Shown: positions 42,751-55,293, counted from the first letter of the stretch. The stretch: DNA of 64,000 bases from an uncultured Chloroflexia bacterium (GCA_963752475.1 CAVVYR010000007.1:608570-672569), one strand, 5' to 3'. Numbers and translations are program-made. Notes: a model not told the origin generated them from the sequence alone.

Positions 42751-45225
42751 TCAGGAGCGCAGGCGTGCGCCAAGTCGCTCGGACAACACCGCAACCACCC
42801 GCTCTACCGCAGGGTCGACCGCATCCTCGTCCGTGGAGGCATCCACGAACTCGAAGCGGAGGCGATAGGCCAGGCTCTTTTGGTCGGCCGCGAGCGGCGC
42901 TCCGCGGTACTGGTCGAAGAGCGTCACCGAGCGCAGGAACGTGCCGCCGGCCTCGCGGATGACGCGTTCGACCCGGCCTGCGGCGAGTTCCTCGGGGACG
43001 ACCACGGCGATGTCGCGCTCGACGCCGGGCAGGTGCTCCAGGTCACCCACGCGCAGACGTTCGGGGATGAGTCGGCGGAAGGCATCGAGGTCGATCTCGG
43101 CGAAGACGACGTGGCGGGCGTTGACGCCGCAAGCCTCCAGCAGACGCGGGTGGACCTCGCCGACGCGACCGATGGACGTGCGTTCGCCGTTCGCGCGCAC
43201 CGCCACCACGGCCGCTGTGCGCCCAGGGTGCTCGACCCCTGCCCGGGGTGTCACCGGCTCGTAGGCCAGCCGGCTCCCGGTGATGCGGATGGCCAGCTGT
43301 TCCAGCAGGCCCTTGGCCGTGGCCACATCGACCTCGACCCCCTCACGGTCGTGGCTGAGCGGTCGCTCGCGCCCGGTGAGGATGAGGCCAAGCACCTCCG
43401 TCTCCTCCGGGTCGGCATCGACCCACCGGTGCAGGGCGCCGAACTCGAAGGCGTGGATGTCCGGCGTTCGTTGGCGCTCGTTCTCCATCAGCACACGCAG
43501 GTGCTCCGGCAGCATCGAGCGGCGCAACTGTGAATGGTCGACGGTGACCGGGTTGGCGGCCACGATGGTGCCCGCATCGTCCGCTTCGAATCCCAGACGA
43601 GCGTGGTCCTCTGGCCCGATGAGCCCGTGCGTCACCAGCTCGGTGAGGCCGGCGCCCGAGAGCGTGCCGCGCAGCTCGTCCAACATGGGCTGTGAGTCGC
43701 GGCTGTAGGCGGGCATGCCGGTGTCGGGCAGCTGGCCGTCGATCGTCTCGTAGCCGCGTACGCGGGCGATCTCCTCGATGATGTCAGCCTCGATGGCGAT
43801 GTCGCGTCGATGTCCCGGAACGAGGGCCACCAGGGCCTCAGCCGGCTCCGCTGCGACCTCGCGGGGCTCGTCGTCCGCGATGACCGGGACCATCACGCCC
43901 TCGCCGGCCGGCTCCGTCTCGATCTCGACCCGGCGCAGTCGGTCGCGCTGCTCCTCAAGGCTGATGTCCTCACCCAGGAGCTGGCTCACGCGGCGTGGTC
44001 GGAACGGTACCCGCAGCTGCTTCGGTGGCTCGGGCTGGGTGTCGATGACACCGCTCGCGACGCGGCCGCCGCCCCAGCGCGCGATGAGCGCGGCAGTACG
44101 GTCAGCGCCGAAGCGCGCCATGCGATGCTCCTGGCCCTTCTCGAAGCGTTGGCTGGCCTCGCTGCGGAGCGCGTAGCGGAAGGCCGTGCGGCGGACACTG
44201 ACGGGGTCGAAGATGGCCGACTCGATGATGATGTTCGTGGTCTCATCCCCGACCTCCGAGTCCGCGCCACCCATGACACCCGCGATGGCCAAGGGGCCAT
44301 CGTCGTCGGTGATGAGCAGGGTATCGGGTGTCAGCTCGCGCCTGATGTGGTCGAGCGTCTCGAGCGTCTCGCCGTCGCGGGCGGTGCGCACCGTGATGCG
44401 GCCATCCCGGACCTTGTCACCGTCGAAGGTATGGATGGGCTTGCCCAGTTCCATGAGCACGTAGTTGGAGGCGTCGACGATGTTCGAGACCGGGCGCACG
44501 CCGGCGGCGATGAGGCGCTTCTGCACGTCCCACGGGGACGGGGCAACGGTGACGCCCTCGACATAGCGGCCGACGAAGACGGGGCAGAGCTCGGTGTCCT
44601 CGACGTCCACCTGTAGATGATCGGAGGTGCGGTCGCCGGACTCCTCGACCGAGAGGTCAGGCCAGCGCAGCTCAGCGCCGGTGGCCGCCGCCACCTCGCG
44701 AGCGAGTCCGAGGATGCTCAGGGCATCACCACGGTTGGGTTTGACGTCCACGTCGAGCACGACGTCGCCGGCCATGTCGGCCATGTCGACGCCCAGCTCC
44801 GAGTCCGAGGGCAGGATGAGGATTCCGTCGGCGTCGGCAGTGAGGCCCAGCTCGTCACCCGAGCAGAGCATGCCGTGACTCTCGGTGCCGGCGATGGTGG
44901 TGATGTCGATCTTGCGCTCACCGGGCAGGACCGAGCCGGGGCGCGCGACGGGGATGCGCTGGCCGGCCTCGATGTTCGTCGCGCCACACACGACCGAGAG
45001 CTCTTCATCACCGACGCCGGTGCGGACACGGGTGAGCGAGAGCTTCTTCGAGTTGGGATGCGGAGCGACCTCGAGCAGCTCGCCCACCACGACGTTGGTC
45101 CAGTCGGAGCCGATGCGCTCGATGGAGCTGACCTCCATCCCCAGGAGCGTCAGCTTCTCCGCGAGCGCCTCCGGGCTGAGATCGATGTGGACGAACTCAC
45201 GCAGCCATGAAAGCGGGACCCGCAT
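42751..45225 (-). CDS. pheT: Phenylalanine--tRNA ligase beta subunit
   Basis: MRVPLSWLREF, SHGMLCS, PNRGDALS, NYVLMELGKPIH, RFEKG, DIIEEIAR, C-terminal anticodon-binding domain. Confidence 0.97.
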   Translation of the reverse strand: MRVPLSWLREFVHIDLSPEALAEKLTLLGMEVSSIERIGSDWTNVVVGELLEVAPHPNSKKLSLTRVRTGVGDEELSVVCGATNIEAGQRIPVARPGSVLPGERKIDITTIAGTESHGMLCSGDELGLTADADGILILPSDSELGVDMADMAGDVVLDVDVKPNRGDALSILGLAREVAAATGAELRWPDLSVEESGDRTSDHLQVDVEDTELCPVFVGRYVEGVTVAPSPWDVQKRLIAAGVRPVSNIVDASNYVLMELGKPIHTFDGDKVRDGRITVRTARDGETLETLDHIRRELTPDTLLITDDDGPLAIAGVMGGADSEVGDETTNIIIESAIFDPVSVRRTAFRYALRSEASQRFEKGQEHRMARFGADRTAALIARWGGGRVASGVIDTQPEPPKQLRVPFRPRRVSQLLGEDISLEEQRDRLRRVEIETEPAGEGVMVPVIADDEPREVAAEPAEALVALVPGHRRDIAIEADIIEEIARVRGYETIDGQLPDTGMPAYSRDSQPMLDELRGTLSGAGLTELVTHGLIGPEDHARLGFEADDAGTIVAANPVTVDHSQLRRSMLPEHLRVLMENERQRTPDIHAFEFGALHRWVDADPEETEVLGLILTGRERPLSHDREGVEVDVATAKGLLEQLAIRITGSRLAYEPVTPRAGVEHPGRTAAVVAVRANGERTSIGRVGEVHPRLLEACGVNARHVVFAEIDLDAFRRLIPERLRVGDLEHLPGVERDIAVVVPEELAAGRVERVIREAGGTFLRSVTLFDQYRGAPLAADQKSLAYRLRFEFVDASTDEDAVDPAVERVVAVLSERLGARLRS

Positions 45226-46284
45226 CTAGAGTCGCTCCAGGAAGCGCATGTCGTTGGCGAGGAAGGCGCGGATGTCCCGGATGGCGTAGCGAAGCATGGC
45301 GATGCGGTCGACGCCCAGGCCGAAGGCGAAGCCCTGGTAGCGCTCGGGGTCGATGCCGCCGTTTCGCAGCACGACGGGGTGCACCATGCCGGCGCCGAGG
45401 ATCGTCATCCAACCGCTGCGCTTGCAGGCCGGACAGCCCTCGCCTTCGCACACGACGCAGCCGATGTCGAACGCCACCGACGGCTCGGTGAAGGGGTAGT
45501 AGCCGGGGCGGAAGCGAGTCGCCCGATGGGCGCCGAACATGGCATGCGCGAAGGCGTCGAGGAGACCGCGCAGGTGCGCGAGGGTCGTGCCTTCGTCGAC
45601 CATCAGGCCCTCGGTCTGGAAGAACTCGAAGCCATGGCTGGCGTCCACTGCCTCATAGCGATAGCAGCGACCGGGCGTCAGCACCCGGATGGGTGGCTCG
45701 GTGTCTCGCATGACCCGGATCTGGCCGGGTGATGTGTGGGTCCGCAGGAGCAGCCGGTCGCCTCGGGTATCCGCGTGCGGGTCATCCACGTAGATGGTGT
45801 CCCACAGGTCGCGGGCGGGATGGTCTGCGGGGATGTTCAGCGCGTCGAAGCAGAGCGCGTCCGTCTCCACCTCCGGGCCCTCGACGACGCCGAAGCCGAA
45901 CTGGCCGAAGATGCGGTTGATCTCACGCTCGGTCTCGCGCAAGGGGTGGAGCGAACCCCGCCAGACCGGTCGTCCGGGCAGGGTCACGTCCTGTGCCTCC
46001 GCGGCCAGACGAGCATCGAGCGCCTCTGCTTCTAGACCGACGCGACGCTCTGCGAGCGCGGCTTCGATGGCGCTGCGGACGGGGTTGGCCAGCGCGCCGA
46101 CCTTGGGCCGGTCCTCGGCGGGCAGTTGGCCGATGCCGCCGAGCAGACCCTTCAGCTCACCCTTGCGGCCGAGCAGAGCCGTATCGAGCGCGTCGAGCGA
46201 CTCAGGCGAATCGGCAGCAGCGATGGATGTGACGGCTCGCGCCTGCAGCTCCTCGAGCTGGGCGCTGAACGAGGCGACGTCCAC
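45226..46284 (-). CDS. pheS: Phenylalanine--tRNA ligase alpha subunit
   Basis: HPARD, LLRTHTS, YPFTEPS, GAGMVHP, GFAFGLG. Confidence 0.97.
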   Translation of the reverse strand: MDVASFSAQLEELQARAVTSIAAADSPESLDALDTALLGRKGELKGLLGGIGQLPAEDRPKVGALANPVRSAIEAALAERRVGLEAEALDARLAAEAQDVTLPGRPVWRGSLHPLRETEREINRIFGQFGFGVVEGPEVETDALCFDALNIPADHPARDLWDTIYVDDPHADTRGDRLLLRTHTSPGQIRVMRDTEPPIRVLTPGRCYRYEAVDASHGFEFFQTEGLMVDEGTTLAHLRGLLDAFAHAMFGAHRATRFRPGYYPFTEPSVAFDIGCVVCEGEGCPACKRSGWMTILGAGMVHPVVLRNGGIDPERYQGFAFGLGVDRIAMLRYAIRDIRAFLANDMRFLERL

Positions 46285-46304
46285 GACGGGCTAGCTGCTC
46301 GTCG

Positions 46305-46655
46305 CTATGCGGACTTGGCGACCTCTGCGATGCGGGCGAACGTCGCGGCATCGCGGGCACCGATGTCGGCCAGGCTCTTGCGGTCGAGCTCGACTCCGGC
46401 GGTCTTGAGACCACTGATGAGCTTGCCGTAAGTGGTGCCGTTCTGGCGCGCGGCCGCGTTGATGCGGGCGATCCAGAGTGTGCGCATCTGGCGCTTGCGC
46501 TCCTTGCGACCGCGATAGGCGTAGGCCATCGCGTGGAGCTGCGCCTCTCGCGCGGAGCGGATCAGCCGGCGGTGCGTGCCGGTCTTACCCTCAGCAGCCT
46601 TGAGAAGACGCTTGTGACGCTTGTGGGCGGCGACGCCGCGCTTGACTCGTGCCAT
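46305..46655 (-). CDS. rplT: 50S ribosomal protein L20
   Basis: [26 protein letters not shown]. Confidence 0.97.
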   Translation of the reverse strand: MARVKRGVAAHKRHKRLLKAAEGKTGTHRRLIRSAREAQLHAMAYAYRGRKERKRQMRTLWIARINAAARQNGTTYGKLISGLKTAGVELDRKSLADIGARDAATFARIAEVAKSA

Positions 46656-46670
46656 CTGGTGTGGTGACTC

Positions 46671-46868
46671 CTACAGGTACGGGAGCATCCGCTTGACGGC
46701 GTTCTTGTTGGCGCCGTCAACTGTTGCCTTGCCCGCGTAGCGACGCTTGCGCCGCGACGACTTGATCTCGAGATGGTGACCGCGCCAGGACTTGACCCGG
46801 TAGACCTTGCCGCTGCCGGTGCTGCCGAAGCGCTTCTGTGCGCCCTTGTGGCTCTTCATCTTTGGCAT
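46671..46868 (-). CDS. rpmI: 50S ribosomal protein L35
   Basis: MPKMKSHKGAQKRF..TGSGK...LPY. Confidence 0.96.
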   Translation of the reverse strand: MPKMKSHKGAQKRFGSTGSGKVYRVKSWRGHHLEIKSSRRKRRYAGKATVDGANKNAVKRMLPYL

Positions 46869-46872
46869 GTCT

Positions 46873-47517
46873 TCAGCCTCCTGTGCTTGTCGCGGGCGAG
46901 GCCTGGGGCTCTTCCTTGGCGACCGGCGGATCCGCTGGCGGAGCCGCTTCCTGGTTCTTCTTGTTCGGCTTTGGTTCCGCAGGAGCCTGGTTCCCCTTGG
47001 ACTTGGGCTTCTGCGTCGCGGTGAGCACCATGGACATCGAGCGGCCTTCGAGCGTCGGCGGCCGGTCCACCGTGCCGTAGTCCGCGACCAGCTCCGCGAA
47101 CCGGTTGAGCAGGTCGCGCCCGATGTAGGCGTGACTGACCTCGCGTCCTCGGAACTGGACCGCGACCTTCACTCGGTCGCCGTCCTCCAGGAAACGGATG
47201 GCACGCTTGACCTTGGTGTCGAAGTCACCCTTGCCGATCTTGACCCGGAGGCGGACCTCCTTGAACTCGACCGAACGCTGGTGCTTGCGCGCTTCCTTAT
47301 CCCGGCGGGCCTGCTCGTACTTGTACTGGCCGTAGTCCAGGATCTTGGTGACGGGCGGGTTGGACATGGGAGCGACCTCCACGAGGTCGAGACCACGCTC
47401 CTGCGCCAGTTGCAGGGCCTTGGGTGTGGGCATCACGCCCAGCTGTGTCCCTTCTTCGTCGATGACCCTTACTTGCGGGATCCGGATCATCTCGTTGATT
47501 CGCAGGTCCTTGCTCAG
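46873..47517 (-). CDS. infC: Translation initiation factor IF-3, probable CTG start
   Basis: LRINEMIR, LDLVEVAP, DYGQYKYE, FLEDGDRVKV, FRGRE. CTG at 47517 follows a GGTGAGGGA SD, and an in-frame stop lies four codons upstream. Confidence 0.95.
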   Translation of the reverse strand: MSKDLRINEMIRIPQVRVIDEEGTQLGVMPTPKALQLAQERGLDLVEVAPMSNPPVTKILDYGQYKYEQARRDKEARKHQRSVEFKEVRLRVKIGKGDFDTKVKRAIRFLEDGDRVKVAVQFRGREVSHAYIGRDLLNRFAELVADYGTVDRPPTLEGRSMSMVLTATQKPKSKGNQAPAEPKPNKKNQEAAPPADPPVAKEEPQASPATSTGG

Positions 47518-47601
47518 GCTATTCCCTCACCACTATCGATATTCCAACAGATCCCGTGCACGGCGCGACAAAAGGACACGACCTGCACGGGTCGCTGCGG
47601 G

Positions 47602-47610
47602 ACTATAGCA
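47602..47610 (-). promoter_or_regulatory. Extended -10 element for infC-rpmI-rplT
   Basis: TGcTATAGT in the thrS-infC intergenic region. Confidence 0.55.
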
Positions 47611-47665
47611 CACGGCCATGTTTCAGAGCCAGTGTCACATGCTCGGATGCGCGTGGTCGTGGTAG

Positions 47666-49531
47666 TCAATCCAGGCGCTTTTCCGTGACCTGTCCCGCGA
47701 GCTGATCGGCCAGCTCCTCCCAGCCGATGGGGTCGAGCTGCTCCCCCGTCCTCGTCCGTGGCGCGGCCGTGCGGCCCTCGACCTCACGGTCACCCAGCAC
47801 CAGCATGTAGGGGATCTTCTGGTCCTGGGCCAGCTTGATCTTCTTCTGCATGCGGTTGGAGCTGTCGTCGACTTCGACGAAGAGCTTGCGTGAGCGCAGC
47901 ACCTGCGCCAGCTCCGCGGCGGCCTCATTGTGGCGGTCGGCGATGGGGATGACGGCGGCTTGCACCGGTGCCAGCCACAGCGGGAAGGCCCCGCCGAAGT
48001 GCTCGGTGAGGATGCCGATGAAGCGCTCGAACGAGCCGTAGATGGCGCGGTGGATGGCGATGGGTCGCTGTCGCTGCCCCTCCTCGTCGATGTAGGTCAG
48101 GTCGAAGCGCTCCGGCAGCATCATCATGTCAGCCTGGATGGTGGCCATCTGCCACTCACGGCCCAGCGCGTCCTCGACGTAGACGTCGATCTTGGGCGCG
48201 TAGAAGGCGCCGTCCCCGGGCTTCAGGGTGTACTCCACGCCGGCCTGCTCGAGACCGTCGACGATGTACTTCTCGGCCTGCTCCCACTGCTCCAGTTCGC
48301 CGAGGGCGTCGTCGGGCCGGGTGGCGAACTTGAACGTCGGCTCCATGCCGAACCATCCGTAGATCTCATTGACCTCGCCCAGCAGGGCCTGGACCTCGTC
48401 GCCCAGCTGGTCGGGTCGCACGTAGACGTGTGCGTCGTCCTGGCTGAAGTGGCGGATGCGAGTGAGGCCGCTGAGCGTGCCCGAGAGCTCGTTGCGGTGC
48501 AGGTCTCCGAAGTCGCTCAACCGCAGCGGAAAGTCGCGGTAGGAGCGCACCTTGGTGTTGTAGATGATCGTCGAGAGCGGGCAGTTCATGGGCTTGAGCG
48601 AGTAGTCCGGCTCATCGGCGTCGGGCTCCACGGTGAGCGTGAACATCTTGTCGTCGTAGTGGCCCCAGTGGCCCGAGCGCTCCCACAGCTTCTTGTGCAC
48701 CAGGAGGGGCGTGCTCACCTCCTGGTAGCCGCGTCGGTCCTGGATCTCTCGCACGGCGGCTTCGAGCGTGCGCCACAGGCGCTGGCCCTTGGGGTGCCAG
48801 AAGGCCGAGCCGGGGCTGACGTCGTGGAAGCTGAACAGGTCGAGCGCCACGCCCAGCCGGCGATGGTCACGCTTGCGAGCCTCCTCCAGGCGCCAGAGGT
48901 AGAGGTCCAGCTCATCCCGCGTGTTCCAGACCGTGCCGTAGATGCGCTGGAGCATGGGCCGCTTCTCGTCGCCGCGCCAGTAGGCGCCGGAGACCTTGAG
49001 CAGCTTGAAAGGCCCCAGCTTGCGCGTGGACGCGACGTGAGGCCCCCGGCAGAGGTCGGTGAAGGGGCCGTGCGTGTAGGTGGTCACCGGTGGTGCCGGC
49101 TCGCCCCGTTGCTCGGCGTCACGGCGAAGGTCGTCGAGGATCTCGACCTTGTAGGTCTGGCCCGCTTCCTCCAGCATGGCTCGGCCCTCGTCTGGGTCCC
49201 ACTCCCTACGCTCGAAGGGGTGGTTGCGACCGACCGACTTCTTCATCCGCTTCTCGATGGCCTTGAGATCCTGCGGGTTCAGCGCACGAGGCAGGTCGAA
49301 GTCGTAGTAGAAGCCGTCCTTGATGGCGGGGCCGATGCCCAGCTTGGCCTCGGGGAAGAGGTCCATGACCGCCTCGGCCATGATGTGTGCCGCTGAGTGG
49401 CGCATGGGGTCGAGCTCGTCATGCGCGTTGGCGTCGAGCAGCTCGATGGCCGAGCCCTTCTCGGGGGCTTCGAACTCGTCCTCGATGGCGGCGTCGACGC
49501 TCTGGCCTTCGACCCGTTCTGCTGCGCACAT
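47666..49531 (-). CDS. thrS: Threonine--tRNA ligase (apparently lacking the N-terminal TGS domain)
   Basis: RHSAAH, DLCRGPHV, GAYWRGD, RDHRRLG, KPMNCP, QDDAH, IHRAIYGSFERF. Confidence 0.97.
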   Translation of the reverse strand: MCAAERVEGQSVDAAIEDEFEAPEKGSAIELLDANAHDELDPMRHSAAHIMAEAVMDLFPEAKLGIGPAIKDGFYYDFDLPRALNPQDLKAIEKRMKKSVGRNHPFERREWDPDEGRAMLEEAGQTYKVEILDDLRRDAEQRGEPAPPVTTYTHGPFTDLCRGPHVASTRKLGPFKLLKVSGAYWRGDEKRPMLQRIYGTVWNTRDELDLYLWRLEEARKRDHRRLGVALDLFSFHDVSPGSAFWHPKGQRLWRTLEAAVREIQDRRGYQEVSTPLLVHKKLWERSGHWGHYDDKMFTLTVEPDADEPDYSLKPMNCPLSTIIYNTKVRSYRDFPLRLSDFGDLHRNELSGTLSGLTRIRHFSQDDAHVYVRPDQLGDEVQALLGEVNEIYGWFGMEPTFKFATRPDDALGELEQWEQAEKYIVDGLEQAGVEYTLKPGDGAFYAPKIDVYVEDALGREWQMATIQADMMMLPERFDLTYIDEEGQRQRPIAIHRAIYGSFERFIGILTEHFGGAFPLWLAPVQAAVIPIADRHNEAAAELAQVLRSRKLFVEVDDSSNRMQKKIKLAQDQKIPYMLVLGDREVEGRTAAPRTRTGEQLDPIGWEELADQLAGQVTEKRLD

Positions 49532-49640
49532 GTGTCTACCTGCTCCTGATCGAAGTGAACGCCCCTCGGTCCGCACGTCGGTCGAGAGGCGCCTTGGGCG
49601 GTGGGCTGGTGCCCGGCCGGTATCGATCGTACCTCAGGCG

Positions 49641-52600
49641 CTAGCCCTGGGCCGACTGGTCGCCCGCGGTGCCGAGGAGCTCATCCAGTCCGGCCAGCGG
49701 GATCCCCAGCCAGTCGGAGCGCGAACCGATGCGTGAGGTCAGCTCGTCACAGGCACGCGACACCAGCAGGGCCTTGAAGAGCACGGACCAGGCATCGTCG
49801 TCGCGAGGGTTGAGATCCGTGTCCTCGGTGACGGAGCGGTAGCCGGCGATGCAGGCGGCCGACATCCACTCGAACCAGGCCGTGGACCAGGCGGCGAGGC
49901 CATCGGGCTCGACCGCGTTCTCGGCCAGTAGCTCTCGCTCGACGCGTGGCCAGTGTGCGGCGAAGTGGAAGCTTCGAATGACGCTCGCCAGGTCGGTCAG
50001 GGCCGGTCGCTTCAGTCGCCGTTCGCTCAGGGGTCGACCGGTGTCGCCTTCGAAATCGATGAGCACGACGTCGGCGCCGGTATCTAGCACCTGTCCCAGG
50101 TGCAGGTCCCCGTGGACGCGGATGCGTTGCCCGGCGGGTTGGACCTGGCGCAAGCGGCTGAGCAGGGCATCGACTCGGGGCGAGGCTTCGAGCACCATCC
50201 GTGCCGCTTCCTGGTCGCGCGAGGGCAGCGCCTCGCGTCGCTCCTCGAGCAACTCGAGCGCATGAGTCACGCGCCGGCGGACCGACTGGTAGAGCGAGCG
50301 GAGGTGGAACGAGGACATGGGCTCGGGGGCGAAGGCGGGGTCGGTCGGGTCGGCTGCGGCGAGCACCAAGTGCATCTGCCCGATGCGCTCACCCAGCACG
50401 CGCGCGGTCTGCAATGGGGTCCCGATGAGCGAGGCCATCCGCTCGGGCACTTCCAGACGCGAGATATCGAGGAAGAAGCGGTCGCCATCGGTCGCGAGGT
50501 CCGGTGGCTCGACCTGGGCTTCGGCATCGTGCAGGAAGGCGAACACGGCCTCGCGCATGGACTCCCAGAGGTTGCCCTCGTGGGGCACGTACTCCTGCAC
50601 CATGGCCATCGTCGCGGCGTCGCCGCCATGGGCGATCTCGGCCGAGCCGAGCACCCGGGGCACGTTGGCGAAGCTGGCCTCCGCGAGGTAGCGACCCAGC
50701 TCGAGGTCGGGGTTGGGACCATCCTCGAGGACGCGGTAGAGCTTCAGCACGAAGCGATCACCATAGGCCGCGCTACTGTTCGACATCGTGGGCTGCTCGC
50801 GGATGGGCGTCGCCGTCAACTCACCGACCGACGCGAGCTGACTGCGCAGGCCCTTGAGGCTGCGACCGACCAGGTCACCCTTGGCGCCCTTCAGGCGCCG
50901 GCGTCCGGCGACGATGTTCAGCAGCGTCTCGTACACGCCGGGCACGACCGTGGCGTCGAGCAGCAGGGTCGAACCTTCGGCGTCGATGAGCCGAGCTACC
51001 GCGGCGTCAGGGTGCTCGGCGAGCAGCTCCTCAGCAGCAGGGTCGGAGTCGGTGGTCAGCGGCAGCACGTACGTGGCGGGCTCGGTATCCCGGTAGCGGA
51101 CCTGCAGGAAGGCGATGATCGCGCGAGGCGATGCGTGCAACGGAAGCACATCGACGATGCTGGCCCCGGCCACGGCGTGGGTGCCGCCGCGGTACCAGCG
51201 CCGCTTCACCATCCAGCGCAGGAGCACGTCGGCCACTTCGTCGCTGTGCTTCTTGAGGCGAGCCAGAAGGTCGCCACGCCAGGCCAGTTCTGGCAGGTCC
51301 TCCGAGCCGGGCGCCAGCTCGGACGCGTCCGGGTCCGCGACCAGCCGGAACCAGAGGAACGAGTGTGGCCCGAGGCTGATGAGGTAGGGGTCGGTCCCGA
51401 CTCGAGGGAACTCGACGGCACCGAAGAGCTCTACCGGCACGCGGCCCTCATAGTCGGCCAGCGGCAGTTCGGTCCACTGGGCGTAGCGCGAGAGGTTGGC
51501 CACGACGAGGATCGCCTCGTCCTCGTACTCGCGCATGAAGGCGAGGATCCGCCGGTTGTCGGGGTGGAGGAACGTGAGGCTGCCGCGACCGAAGGCTGGA
51601 TGCTTCTTGCGCAGCGCGATGACACGCTTCATCCACCACAGCAACGACTGCGGGTTGGATTGCTGCGTCTCGACGTTGACGGCCTCGAAGTGGTACTCGG
51701 GGTCGGTCACGATCGGCAGGTACAGCTGCTGTCGGTTGGCCGCGCTGAAGCCGGCGTTGCGGTCGGACGACCATTGCATCGGGGTGCGCACGCCGTTGCG
51801 GTCACCGACGTAGACGTTGTCACCCATGCCGATCTCGTCGCCGTAGTAGATCACGGGCGTGCCCGGCAGGCTGAAGAGGAGCCCGTTCATGAGCTCGATG
51901 CGACGACGGTTGTTGCCCAGGAGCGGCGCCAGGCGCCGGCGGATGCCGAGGTTGATGCGGGCCTGGGGGTCGGCGGCGTAGACGCGGTACATGTAGTCGC
52001 GCTCTTCGTCGGTCACCATCTCGAGCGTCAGCTCATCGTGATTGCGCAGGAACAGCGCCCACTGGCCGCTGGGTGGCAGGGCCGGCGTCTGCTCCAGGAT
52101 GTCGATGATGGGATAGCGGTCCTCCATGCGCAGGGCCATGAACATGCGCGGCATGAGCGGGAAGTGGTACGCCATGTGGCATTCGTCGCCATCACCTTCG
52201 CCGAAGTAGGCGGCCGAATCCTCGGGCCACTGGTTGGCCTCGGCCAGGAGCATGCGGTCCTCGAAATGCTCGTCGACGTGCGTGCGGAGCTCCTTCAGGA
52301 AGGCGTGCGTCTCGGGCAGGTTCTCGCCGGTGGTGCCCTCCCGCTCGTAGAGATACGGGATGGCGTCGAGGCGCAGCCCATCGACGCCGGCCTCGAGCCA
52401 GAAGTCGGTCACCTTCAGCAGGGCCTGCTGTACCCGTGGCTCGTCGAAGTTGAGGTCGGGCTGGTGGCTGTAGAAGCGATGCCAGAAGTAGGCGCCTGCC
52501 ACAGGGTCCCAGGACCAGTTGGAGGGCTCGAAGTCCTTGAAGATGATGCGCGCGTCCCGGTACTTCTCGGGCGTGTCGCTCCAGACGTACCAGTTGCGCT

Positions 52601-53027
52601 CCGTCGAGTCGGGCGGCGCCTTCCGCGCCCGCTGGAACCAGGGGTGCTGGTCAGAGGTGTGGTTGAAGACCAGCTCGGTGATGACCCGCAGGTCTCGCGC
52701 GTGGGCCTCGCGGATGAAGTTGCGGACGTCACGCAGGCTGCCGTACTCAGGGTTGACGCGCCCGTAGTCGGCGATGTCGTAGCCGTCGTCACGGCCCGGC
52801 GAGGGGTAGAACGGTAGTAGCCACAGGGCGGTGACGCCGAGGTCCGCGAGGTAGTCGAGCTTGGATGTCAGCCCCTTGAAGTCACCGATGCCGGAGCCGG
52901 TGCTGTCGCGGAAGGCCCGCACGTGCAACTCATAGATGACGGCGTCCTTGTACCAATGGGGGTCCGGCGGGAACTCGCTCGCGTGACGCTCGCGCGGCTG
53001 GCCGTTGCGGCCGGCGGTCCTGCCCAT
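49641..53027 (-). CDS. treS: Trehalose synthase-maltokinase fusion (TreS-Mak)
   Basis: WYKDAVIYE, HQPDLN, LRLDAIPY, AEANQW, RNHDELTLE, then a kinase-like region SNSS, RVHGDLHLGQVL, IDFEG. Confidence 0.94.
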   Translation of the reverse strand: MGRTAGRNGQPRERHASEFPPDPHWYKDAVIYELHVRAFRDSTGSGIGDFKGLTSKLDYLADLGVTALWLLPFYPSPGRDDGYDIADYGRVNPEYGSLRDVRNFIREAHARDLRVITELVFNHTSDQHPWFQRARKAPPDSTERNWYVWSDTPEKYRDARIIFKDFEPSNWSWDPVAGAYFWHRFYSHQPDLNFDEPRVQQALLKVTDFWLEAGVDGLRLDAIPYLYEREGTTGENLPETHAFLKELRTHVDEHFEDRMLLAEANQWPEDSAAYFGEGDGDECHMAYHFPLMPRMFMALRMEDRYPIIDILEQTPALPPSGQWALFLRNHDELTLEMVTDEERDYMYRVYAADPQARINLGIRRRLAPLLGNNRRRIELMNGLLFSLPGTPVIYYGDEIGMGDNVYVGDRNGVRTPMQWSSDRNAGFSAANRQQLYLPIVTDPEYHFEAVNVETQQSNPQSLLWWMKRVIALRKKHPAFGRGSLTFLHPDNRRILAFMREYEDEAILVVANLSRYAQWTELPLADYEGRVPVELFGAVEFPRVGTDPYLISLGPHSFLWFRLVADPDASELAPGSEDLPELAWRGDLLARLKKHSDEVADVLLRWMVKRRWYRGGTHAVAGASIVDVLPLHASPRAIIAFLQVRYRDTEPATYVLPLTTDSDPAAEELLAEHPDAAVARLIDAEGSTLLLDATVVPGVYETLLNIVAGRRRLKGAKGDLVGRSLKGLRSQLASVGELTATPIREQPTMSNSSAAYGDRFVLKLYRVLEDGPNPDLELGRYLAEASFANVPRVLGSAEIAHGGDAATMAMVQEYVPHEGNLWESMREAVFAFLHDAEAQVEPPDLATDGDRFFLDISRLEVPERMASLIGTPLQTARVLGERIGQMHLVLAAADPTDPAFAPEPMSSFHLRSLYQSVRRRVTHALELLEERREALPSRDQEAARMVLEASPRVDALLSRLRQVQPAGQRIRVHGDLHLGQVLDTGADVVLIDFEGDTGRPLSERRLKRPALTDLASVIRSFHFAAHWPRVERELLAENAVEPDGLAAWSTAWFEWMSAACIAGYRSVTEDTDLNPRDDDAWSVLFKALLVSRACDELTSRIGSRSDWLGIPLAGLDELLGTAGDQSAQG

Positions 53028-53089
53028 CGTGCTCCCCTGCTCTGACGCTCGTCCTTGTGGCGCGGGCCAGCGTACCCGATGCGCGACTC

Positions 53090-55245
<2,156 letters not shown>

Positions 55246-55271
55246 GATGGTCAGGTCCTTGTCAACAAGCA

Positions 55272-55293
55272 GGCCCGGCGACGACGCCGGGCC
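55272..55293 (-). terminator. GC-rich hairpin 3' of tRNA-Val
   Basis: Perfect 9-bp stem ggcccggcg/cgccgggcc with a 4-nt loop. The U-tract is weak. Confidence 0.5.

Noticed and set aside
46285-46304. pheM-like attenuator or T-box before pheS
   Set aside because: Only 20 nt separate rplT and pheS, leaving no room for either.
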